From Takakia lepidozioides (lineage: Eukaryota; Plantae; Bryophyta): a stretch of DNA of 64,000 bases. Position 1 is the stretch's first letter. Every line of letters starts with the position of its first letter. Shown piece after piece: positions 48,396-58,580 of the stretch. The translations under genes and the position numbers were made by a program. The stretch lies in contig CM060731.1 in NCBI GenBank assembly GCA_030704615.1, positions 30,070,001 through 30,134,000 on the forward strand, read 5' to 3'. Below the pieces are notes generated by a model. The model made no database searches and had not been told where the DNA came from. It saw only the letters and a list, made by a program, of their open reading frames with translations.

Positions 48396-49883
48396 CATGG
48401 CCGCTCTGGCAGTTTAGCCATTTCTCCAAGGGGTTTAGCCACGCCAAGCTAGGGTTTGTGTCTCTTGGACTCTAGGCTTCTTTCCACCGAGCTATGGTGG
48501 TTGTGAGGAAATCAGCAAGGTATCCTTGCTCTTTCGGCTCCCACACACCACCATAGTAGCCCTAAGCCATGAGGTGGTTGCCACAAACCAAGCCTTCTTT
48601 CTCACTTAGCCTACCCAAACACGCCACTAAACTCAATGGCAAACAACCAAGCCCTGCTGGTTCCCAGCCCTTGTGAGCACTCATTCAAGCACTCTCCTTG
48701 GCCATAGCATCTGTCTTAGAGACTATTCCAGCCCTCTACACCTGTTGCTTCAAGAGTTGCGCTCCCTTCAAGCTTGAAGTTGAAACCCCAACTCACATAG
48801 GCCCTACAAGTTGTTCTTTCACTCCAAGTGGAAACCAGCCCTAGACCTTCCGTTCTAGCTCTCTAAGGCTTGAAAACAAGAGCCTCAATGGGCTGAAGGC
48901 ATGCTCCACACATGCCCCACTCTCACCATAAGAGAATCAGCTCCTTTGCTTCATTTCTTGCACCCACAAACCTGATAATACAAGCTTCAGCAGGCTGAAA
49001 GCATGCTCTACATGCCCTACAGGGAAACCAGCCCCTTCCTTCCTTTCTTGCACTCCCACACCTAAAAGTGCAAGCCTTCACCAGGCTGATAGCATGCTCC
49101 ACACATACATTGCCCTCACATAAGGGAAGTCAGCCCTTCCCTCTTCCTTGCTTGCCCTCCAAGCTTGAAGATGGAAGCTTCAATGAGCTGAATACATGCT
49201 CCACACATGCAACCTCTTCACACAAGAGATATCAGCCCCCTATCTTGGCTCCTTGGCTCCTTGATGCTCTCTATGACAAGACTAAGCACTCCATAGCCTT
49301 TGCCAAGCTCCTGAAACCCTAAGGCTTACATTTCCAGCCACAAGACACTTCTCTTGTGGTGCAAGAGCTCTTCTTCCAAGCTCTGTAACCCTAGGTGCAC
49401 ATTCCATGGCCTTGCCGCACCTCTTAGCTCTTGTTCCAGCCCTGCTCTCGCCATGACAAGAGCCCTCTCAATGCTGAAGCTCGAGATTGAAACCCAATCT
49501 CACCATACTCCACAAAGTGCACTGATTTGCCCCAAGCCAAATCAGCCCTTTCGCTTGGTCTTGCAATCCTTCACACAATGACAGCTCGCATTCCCAAGTC
49601 CAGTTCTCAGCTTTGCCACCAAAGCCACTATAACCTGCTCTTGACTGGTCCTCTTCCCAATCGTGCTTGCTCATGCATGTACACAATCTGAAACCATCAA
49701 GGTGCTCTGGAATTACCTACAGTATGGTGCTTTCATCTCTGAAGCTGAAGATCGAATGCCAAGGTTTACCACCTCGTAACCCACATCGCCTCCGCTTCTA
49801 ACAACCAAGAGCTCCACGGTGCTCCTTGCATAACAACTTGGTTTCTCTCATTCTCAAGCAAAAACCACAAGTGCTACAACTAA

Positions 49884-49926
49884 CTCGTATCTAGCACTCA
49901 TAGATACGAGCTCATCTTTCTCGAGT
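49884..49926 (-). promoter_or_regulatory. G2 PBS-position 17-mer complementary to repeat B, plus an adjacent hairpin (putative self-priming signal)
   Basis: 49910-49926 is the exact reverse complement of 50090-50106. A 10-bp stem with a 7-nt loop lies at 49884-49910. Confidence 0.7.
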
Positions 49927-50661
49927 GATAAAGATGAAGAATACAAGCACAAGCTCATGCGAGCTCACAAAGCTGAAGCATAAACTCATGCATATATAAC
50001 CTCATCACTCAAATACAAGTCAAGCCAAGTGCACCCCACGCCATGGGGAATCCACACTACGGCGCCATAGCTAGGCGCGGTGAGGCTCAACTCGAGAAAG
50101 ATGAGCCTCCCGCGCTTGCCGTGAAGATAACCACTCCAGGGCCTAAATCTGCCTTGACCCCTGGATTGACACTTGGGCCAATCCCAAATGTCAATATGTA
50201 AAAGCTAGCTATTTCCTAGCTAGTTTCACACTAGTGGTAAAATAACTTGACATCTCCGTTGGCTCTGCCACATCCTCTTCTCCTTCTTCACCTTCTGCTT
50301 CAGAAACTGAAGTTCCTGCTTTTGGTGTTCCATGCCAACTCTTATCAAAGATTTCTGTCAAATCTTTTATCCAAGGATGTACCTCAGATCTTTCACCTCG
50401 TGATTGATCTTCTTCCTGTACCAATTCCCTTAGTCTTTCTTGCAAAGAAACAGAAGGAGTGGCATCCAACTCTAGTTCTTCCGGTATGGGTGATGTACTC
50501 TTTGATCTTAATGGTGTGAGAGGTCCAGATGATTCCCCTATGTCTATTCCTCTCTCCCAAAGATATGGATAATTAGCTTTCAGATAGCTTTCTCTTTTTG
50601 CTGAATATCTCTATCGTCTAGCTTCTCTTTCATCACTCATGTCCCATGTCTTTCATTTCTT

Positions 50662-51357
50662 TTAATGTGGCAATAACCAAAACTCTCTTCTGTAATATCT
50701 CTCGTATATGCCTGGGTTTCTTTCAAGCTTCAATGCACCCTTGGCTATACTTGAAGTCTCCGTTACCATATAACCATATGGCAAACAAGTCTGAAAAGCT
50801 GTTCTTGGTGTGAGTTTGATCCACAAAATATCCTTTGGAATCCAATTCTTTACCAGTACAAGCTCTTCATGCATATGAGTATAAACATTCACCTTTCTTT
50901 TTTCCCAGCCTTCAAACTCTACTCGCTTAATGGATAGCAATGCTATCACATAAACCAATGTTGGTAACCAACGTGCTCTTCCTCTACAGGCTACCTGATA
51001 AATCTTTATCACTCCTTTCTCGAGACCCCATTCCGGATCAGCATCATGCACTCGCTTAAGAATATTTTCTTTACAACCGTCTGGCAATTCCAAGAACCTT
51101 TGAAAGAATTGTTTGGACAATCTTTCTTCCTTCGTTCCACAGGGAATTTGATTCACTTCAAATTCTTTAATGGTCCAACCACCATGATCCCACCAGATGC
51201 CTGTCACATCTGGTTGTTCATGACTCAGTTCCCCAGTATGGTCGCCAAATGTCGCGCGGCATTTACTCACCCATCCCTTCGCTATTCGAGGCGGAAACTC
51301 CAAGATAGAAGAGTTGGAAATCTCTAAATACTCAGCCCGCGCAGAACAATCAGTCAT
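50662..51357 (-). CDS. G1 copy 2 ORF0 (231 aa)
   Basis: Intact; only a few amino-acid differences from 23756-24451. Confidence 0.7.
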   Translation of the reverse strand: MTDCSARAEYLEISNSSILEFPPRIAKGWVSKCRATFGDHTGELSHEQPDVTGIWWDHGGWTIKEFEVNQIPCGTKEERLSKQFFQRFLELPDGCKENILKRVHDADPEWGLEKGVIKIYQVACRGRARWLPTLVYVIALLSIKRVEFEGWEKRKVNVYTHMHEELVLVKNWIPKDILWIKLTPRTAFQTCLPYGYMVTETSSIAKGALKLERNPGIYERYYRREFWLLPH

Positions 51358-51410
51358 GACCTACAGCTAGTGTATCATAGGGGTGTTTCCTACTTGTTTC
51401 CCTTTTGGCA

Positions 51411-54400
51411 TCTGTTTTGGGAGATGGTGCGGGTTTTGCGCCACTTGCAGCTTCATCAAGCTGTATCTCCAGCATACATCTTGGAGAATGTGCCACTGAT
51501 GGGCGATTCTCGGGCCAGGGTGATGGCCAGTGTGCATCAAGTCCGGTCGTGGCTTGGGTCAGCAGTGTTGCTAGATGCAGCTACAGTGGGGTCACGGGCT
51601 GGCAGAGTGCCACCGAAAACATAAAATGCGAATGCGGTGCCGCATTTCCGAGACAAACCGAAAAACCAGGCTTCGCATACAAGGGCAGCTGTGCTTCACC
51701 TGTAAACAATTCGCATTGCAGCTTTCCCCGCTCCCTCCTGATGTGTAAACTCCACGCTCCTTCTTGCTGTCTGTATACCCGCGCTCGGGGATCGGGTGGG
51801 TGTACGTGCTGCAGCTAGCTCCTCAGACTCTTCCTGCGGCTCTTCGGATTCCTGCGATCCCTCCAGCACGTCCACCTTTCCTGTTAGGCATGCAAACATG
51901 TTCTGCATTCAAGTCTCCTAGCATTCAGTCTAAGAATTACAGAAGCAAAATGGGGGGTTCGGTGCTCGATCAGCTGCGCGCAGCCCGATCGCATGGAGCT
52001 CTCACTGGTGGCTGGGTTGCCTGAGTGGCCTGCTGCTCGGAGATGGCAATCTCCTCCTGTAGACGCATCTGCTTCCTCCCCTTCGGCATTGGCCTACGTC
52101 CGAAGTATAATTTCCGGAGCTTGCGACGAGGTCTCCTGTCTGGTGCACGAACTCCCCCCCTCTCAGGTTCGAGCATAAGAAGAACAGAGAGAGGGAAAAG
52201 GGGCAAAGAGTGCAGATGGAAAGGGCGCGAGAGGGGTGACTGAGGAGACACGACAAAAGTAGATGAAACGGCGGTGATGCACCACTTGGGTTCGAAAGGG
52301 TTGGACGAAAGTGTCTCCTCGTGGAGTTTGCGTCATTACGAAATTCGAATCGTTGAGGGTACGCCTGCCGTCCGAAAAACAAACATCATTATCCAACGGT
52401 CAGGCCGCGCCGCCTCATGCCCCTTCAGTTAGATAGAGTGCCGACATGTGCAGCAATTCCGTTGCTCCTGCAACTGGACAAATTGCGATGTCCGTTCTGG
52501 AAATGCGGCGCCGCATTTCCATATCTGTCATCGACTTTTTTTTGACAATGGAATGCGTTGCCAATTTTTGCTGATGGGCCTGCAGTTCGAACAACGATCA
52601 TCCCCAATGTGGAAATGCGGCACCGCATTTCCAATTCCGCCATCTCGACCTCCTTGTTCGACCTCATTGTTCGACCTCTGTAAGCGTGGTGGCATCCATG
52701 CAATGAGCGGGAGAGGCCAAAACTGGCGTGTGGACAAAGGAAATTTTGGAAATGCGGCACCGCATTTCCAATCGGCCGATTACTTTTTACTATGCCAACA
52801 TTGAAATGGAAAATTTAGTCCCTCCCCTCTTTTGGAAATGCGGTGCCGCATTTCCAAAAGAGGTTTTTAGAGTTGCCAAAATTTTGGAAATGCGGTACCC
52901 CATTTCTGATTTTGGGAGCGTCGTGGTTTGGGCGATTGTGTGGCTGGAATGTACACTGGAGAGGGGTCACGAATGTCGGGGAGAATTTCCTTTATATACT
53001 CTGGAAGAGAATTTACATTTACAGAGACTTCATTAAAATTCTATTAATCTTGAAAATCATCCGAATCCTCATCCTGTTCTAGACTGTCCTGCTCCGCCTC
53101 CACCCCCTCAGTGCCTTTCTCATCTCCAGTGGACTGCTCGTTGGCCAAGCTTTCGAAAATCCCATCTTCCCCTTGCGGAACTGTCCATCTCACCTCCGTT
53201 GGGTCGTCTTCCTCCCTGTCTGCGTCGCTCTCATCCGCTGAATCACATATGTACTTTCGTACCCGTCTACCTGTCTGAGTTGCTGCCAACTCTTTCCTTA
53301 TCCTTCTGTCCTCCCTAGCCCTCTCCAAAATCTGCTCTACTTTACTGGGATTCTCACTTCTTCTAATCGCTGTATTTGCGAGTTTAGTTGCATAACTAGG
53401 AAGGGAGTAGTCCCTCACATCTAGAAGGGCTGCAACGGAATGTTAAGGCTCCCGACAGAGCGGAAGTCTCCTCGGATTCGTCGGAGTCCGAGGAAGACAC
53501 AGTGGACATTGATGCGGAGGAGAACCCGGAATACGAGTGAGTGCAAACATTGTAAGTTTGCAAAGCCTTCTGGGTCATTTTTGTCAAACGAATTTCCCGA
53601 CTGTGGTTCTCATTAGTCTCGTTGATGATTGTCATGTGCAGGATTGCAGGGTCCGGGTCGGAACATGTAGGGCCTACACTTCCTGCCAGGAAGAATGTCC
53701 CGTTCTTTGCGAGGGCCGACTTCATGCGTACTGATGCAGCAGATAACATGACCAGAATTCAGATGAAGAGGAAGGATCAGTTTGATGAAGGTAAATTAGT
53801 CCACAACAAGATTCATGTATGAGAACATACTTACAAGATTTGGCTGTCCCCTGGAATTTATCAGTGACCAGGAAAGTCACTTCATTAATGAGACCATAGA
53901 ACTGTTGACTAAAGAGTTCATGATTGTGCATAGGAAGAGTACAACCTATTACCCACAGGGTAATGGGCAGGCAGAGGCCACCAACAGAATACTATGTACT
54001 ATCTTGGCTAAGATAGTCAATGCGAACAGAACAGATTGGGATACAAAGCAGCTAACAACTTTGTGGTCATACAGGACTTCATATAAAGTCACCACTAAGT
54101 ATACACCATTCCAATTAGTTTATGGTATGGAAGCTTTACTTCTAGTGGAGTTCTTGTTACCTACCATGAGAACTAAATGGGGGTGTTGGACGGAAATTTG
54201 GCACCGCATTCCCTTGTCCAAAAAGAAGTTTCCATTGCCAAGCTGGAAATGCGTCGCCGCATTTGCAATGCCAACCTCGATGTCTGTCCAATTTATAGAC
54301 CCGTGTTGGTATTTCGTGTACCTGGACGGAAATGATGCACCGCATTCCATTGTCCGACACTGAAATGCGGTTCATACATTTCCATGTCGGCACTGAAATG

Positions 54401-55265
54401 CGGCACCGCATTTCCTTGTCCGACATGGCGTTACTCTGGTATATTCTAGACACATGACTCTCATACCGGTTACTCTGGTATATTCATCCGGACAGACAAA
54501 TTGTACAAATGAGACATCAAATTGTAAACAGTGGGCCAATTCCGAAGAGGATGGTTTGCGATCCCAAACGTGACAACTTCATTCACCAGGCCACTATGAG
54601 TTTCAACGAGGTCGATACTCTTTTGCAGCGGGATACAACACATGGGTAGCATCAACTATGCAATGTGGTATGTGGACGACCATGATTTGAAATGTGTAAT
54701 TCACATCAATTCGTCGGCGGTGCAATGATATGGCCTCCAACTATACGGAGTGAGCTCTGAGTGACAACTTTTAGGTAGTGCACATTTGTCATTGCACCGT
54801 TCGAAGTCTACATGTCTTGCTGTCGCTATGCACTACAATCATCTTTTGAAGATGATCCTAACTCTCATTGTTATTTGAGGAGGGAGGAAGGTCTTCCCGT
54901 GGCAGCCTTTATGGCGCACACTTTGTGAGGATATTTTTTCGTCATCGTAATTGTAAAAGTGAAACAAGCATTTGTAATTGCACAATGTTGGATGCTGCAA
55001 TTGTAGGCCTCAATGCTCGTCTTGATTCTATTTAGGCAAGATTCCCTGCATTAATTCCACGGTCATAGGACCATCCACGGTTATAGGCGGCGCATGTTAA
55101 TGCTGATGTGGCAGATGACGGACAGTGCCACGTCATCATTTACCGCCACATCAGCATGCTGACATGACGCTCACGCCACGTCAGCTGGCGTGAGCATACG
55201 CTCATGCCACGTCACTCCTGCGTGAGCGTACGCTCACGCGCAACGCTCACGCCATTGCGTCGTTG
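51411..55265. other. Patchwork of short fragments from all four TE families
   Basis: G2 MTase 51411-51600 (+); ParB-MTase element pieces 51601-53418 (-) and 53419-53725 (+); G1 integrase pieces ~53726-54183 (+); palindrome region ~54184-54540; TIR-element right end ~55092-55265. Confidence 0.85.
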
Positions 55266-58143
55266 GGCTAGTGAGGGGGCTGCGTATGCATTCCTGGATC
55301 GTGTGCTTAGCCGATTCGGTGCTCCAGCTGAGGTACTCACGGACCAAGGGAGAGAGTTCTTGGGGGAGTTTCAGGCTTTGTGTGATAAAGCCTTGATAGA
55401 CCACCGTACCACTTCTCGGGATCATCCTGAGCCCGATGGCTTGGCAGAGAGAGTGGTGCAGACGGTGAAGAGGGGTTTGCGCAAGTATGGCTTGCAAAAT
55501 GGACACCTAGGAGATTGGGATCTTCAGGTACCTTGGCTAGCCATGGACTACAGGTTTAGCAAGCAAGCATCACTTGCCTCCTTCTCACCATATTTCCTTC
55601 TCTTTGGCCGAGAGCCAGATTTGCCTAGTCCTCAACCTTGATGATCCGGATGTGTGGACACAAGCATGTGCCTAGCGGCAAGGTTGTTCAAGAGAGTCAT
55701 GCCTATGGCTTTTGAGAATCTTGCTATTGCCCAACACCGAGACACATTGAGGTATACCACTATACGTGGAGGGGGATATCGACCAGGTGTTCGGCGTTTC
55801 CACCCTGGGGACTATGTGTATCTGCAGCAGACAGCGCCTACAACCTTGGATGTCATAGCAGGACGTGTGATTCTAAGGGTCAGGGAGGTGTTGCCTTCAA
55901 GAGTGTTGATTCTGGAGGATCGAGATGGCATGGTATGGAAGGACCATGTGTGTAATTGTGCGCCATGTCACCTTCCACATGTGGATGGGAGGATAGATCC
56001 CACCCTTGCAGTGGTACTTTTAGGGTTGTGTTGCATGCTATGTGGGCATGCTTGTGGTGCCGGCACTATGCTGGTGTGTGATCGATGCTCAAGAGGTTGG
56101 CACATGGGATGCTTGACACCACCTCTTGAGAGGGTTCCTGATGGAGATTGGTTATGATGCACACTGCTTAGGATAGTGGCAGTGGATATGACTAGTGGTA
56201 GCTAACAAGACATGGAGGCCAAGCTCATAGGAGTCAATACCCAAGATCTCAGGCTCAAGTTCACAGGTATGTAATGCTCGCACACCACAAGGTGAAGTGC
56301 TTTTTCCAAAATTGTAATCTGTTTTGGGCTTGTTTACCTGCCACATCAGCACTCAACAAGCCCTTTTCAGGCCCCAAAATGTATATGAGAGAAGTAAGAT
56401 ATTTTTTGTAGGTCATAGCTCTTGTACCCGGCCTCTTGATCTATCGAGTTTGAGTGTAGTAGGGACAGTGGTGGAGGACTTAGTAAGGCTATGGCCACTA
56501 TCACATCTTGTGGCTACCTGGACTTAGATGGACCTAAGCGCCAGCTAGGGGGGCGATTGTGATGGACTAGTGACAGCCTAGTGGATGGACTAGTGGCTGC
56601 ACTAGTGGTGGCTAGTGGCAGCCTAGTGGTTGGACTAGTGGCTGCACTAGTGGTGGCTAGTGGTAGCCTAGTGATGGACTAGTGGCTGCACTAGTGGTGG
56701 CTAGTGGCAGCCTAGTGGTGGACTAGTGGCTGTACTAGTGGTGGCTAGTGGTGGACTAGTGGCTGTACTAGTGGTGGCTAGTGGCAGCCTAGTGGTGCAC
56801 TAGTGGTGGACTAGTGATAGACTAGTGTTTTGTGTGCACATGTGTTGTGTGGTTTTGGACAACGAAGTAGTTGTGTAGCGATATGTATGCGCACAACAGC
56901 TGTTAAGTTATTTTACCACTAGTGTGAAGTTAGCTAAGAAATAGCTAGCTTTTATATATTGACATTTGGGATTGACCCAAGTGTCAATCCAGGGGCCAAT
57001 ACATGTTTGGGCACGTGGCGTTGTTATCTTCACGGCAAATCGCGGTGGGCTCATCTTTCTTGAGTTGAGCCTCACCGCGTCTAGCTATGGCGCTGTAGTG
57101 TAAATTCCCCATGGTGTGGGGTGCACTTGGCTTGACTTAATATATGAGTGATATTTTCATGTGCAAGTATGTGAGTTTGAGAGAGCTTGTGTGCTTGTAT
57201 CATTCCTTTCATTATCATTGTGATGGACTAGTGACAGCCTAGTGGATGGACTAGTGGCAGCCTAGTGGTTGGACTAGTGGCTGTACTATTGGTGGCTAGT
57301 GGCAGCCTAGTGGTGGACTAGTGGCTGCACTAGTGATGACTAGTGGTTGTCTAGTGGCAGCCTAGTGGTGCACTAGTGGTGGACTAGTGATAGACTAGTG
57401 TTTTGTGTGCACATGTGTTGTGTGGTTATGGACAGCGATGTAGTTGTGTAGCGATATGTATGCGCACGACAGCTGTCAAGTTATTTTACCACTAGTGTGA
57501 AGTTAGCTAGGAAATAGCTAGCTTTTATATATTGACATTTGGGATTGACCCAAGTGTCCATCCAGGGGCCAATACATGTTTGGGTACCTGACGTTGTTAT
57601 TTTCACGACAGATCGCGGTGGGCTCATCTTTCTCGAGTTGAGCCTCACCGCGTCTAGCTATGGCGCCGTAGTGTGGATTCCCCATGGCGTGGGGTGCACT
57701 TGGCTCGACTTAATATATAAGTGATGTTTTCATGTGCAAGTATGTGAGTTTGAGAGAGCTTGTGTGCTTGTATCATTCCTTTCATTATCATTGTGATGGA
57801 CTAGTGGCAGCCTAGTGGATGGACTAGTGGTTACACTAGTGGTGGCTAGTGACAGCCTAGTGGTTGGACTAGTGGTGGCTAGTGGCAGCCTAGTGATGGA
57901 CTAGTGGCTGCACTAGTGGTGGCTAGTGGCAGCCTAGTGGGTGCACTTGTGGCTGCACTAGTGGTGGCTAGTGGCAGCCTCGTGGTGGACTAGTGGCTGC
58001 ACTAGTGGTGACTAGTGGTTGTCTAGTGGCAGCCTAGTGGTGTACTAGTGGTGCACTAGTGATAGACTAGTGTTTGGTGTGCACATGTGTTGTGTGTTTT
58101 TGGACAACGATGTAGTTGTGTAGCGATATGTATGCGCACGACA
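55266..58143 (+). mobile_element. G2 copy 2, 3' part: degraded integrase-PHD followed by A-B-A-B-A repeats
   Basis: Integrase/PHD at 55266-~56175. A at 56556-56898, 57217-57471 and 57790-58143 (CTAGTGG-rich, variable length). B at 56901-57216 and 57474-57789. Confidence 0.92.
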
Positions 58144-58580
58144 GATTATAGAGAGTAGCATTTGCAATTGAACATAGGAACTAGTGTGATAAGTATGTTG
58201 GGGTATTTGTTGGAACAATTCTAGGCTGTCATTGTTAGCTGCTAGCAGCAAAGCGAGGAAGTATGCATGATTTGTGCAAAGACATGAATAGCTGAAAGAG
58301 CAGGGATAGAGTGTGGGTCCAGATTCATCCAAGAGGGCCGAATTTCATGCTCCAGATTACCTATAACACAATTTTAAGCAAATTTGGACTAAAGTTTGGT
58401 CCAGAAATAAGGAGAAATATCTGAATATGTATTTTTTTAAATCATTTAAATTAATTAATATCGATCATTCTAAATATAAATGCACAGATAATAATAATAA
58501 TTGTTTGTCTATTAATATATAATATGAGCAATGTAGAAACATTATATATAAACTTCAGGAGAAAAAACAGTTTACATTTG

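Larger units (their letters stand above)
41905..50252 (-). mobile_element. Gypsy-like family G2, copy 1: split direct repeats, gag, C5-DNA methyltransferase, integrase, PHD; lacks PR/RT/RH; 4-bp TSD TCTC
   Basis: TSD at 41901-41904 and 50253-50256 (empty site aacTCTCcgttgg at ~23344). Repeat A at 41905-42094 and 42423-42612; repeat B at 42095-42420 and 49927-50252. TG...CA termini. Confidence 0.93.
31431..51410 (-). mobile_element. G1 copy 2, both LTRs truncated (31431-31672 and 51249-~51410), interrupted in gag by G2
   Basis: Colinear and highly similar to copy 1 throughout; gag resumes at 50253 exactly where it stops at 41904. Confidence 0.95.

Noticed and set aside
47203-48417. Repetitive ORFs (GTACHSPSQPVT...) and Cys-rich ORFs in the G1 LTRs
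   Set aside because: Stop-free translations of TCACAGCCC/GGCTGTG repeats; no independent coding evidence.
41905-50252. G2 as a DIRS/Ngaro tyrosine-recombinase element
   Set aside because: No tyrosine-recombinase ORF is visible; it has an HHCC-DDE integrase, TG...CA ends and a 4-bp TSD.
54540-55090. Possible coding remnant
   Set aside because: Stops in the frames examined and no recognisable motif; may be internal sequence of the TIR element.
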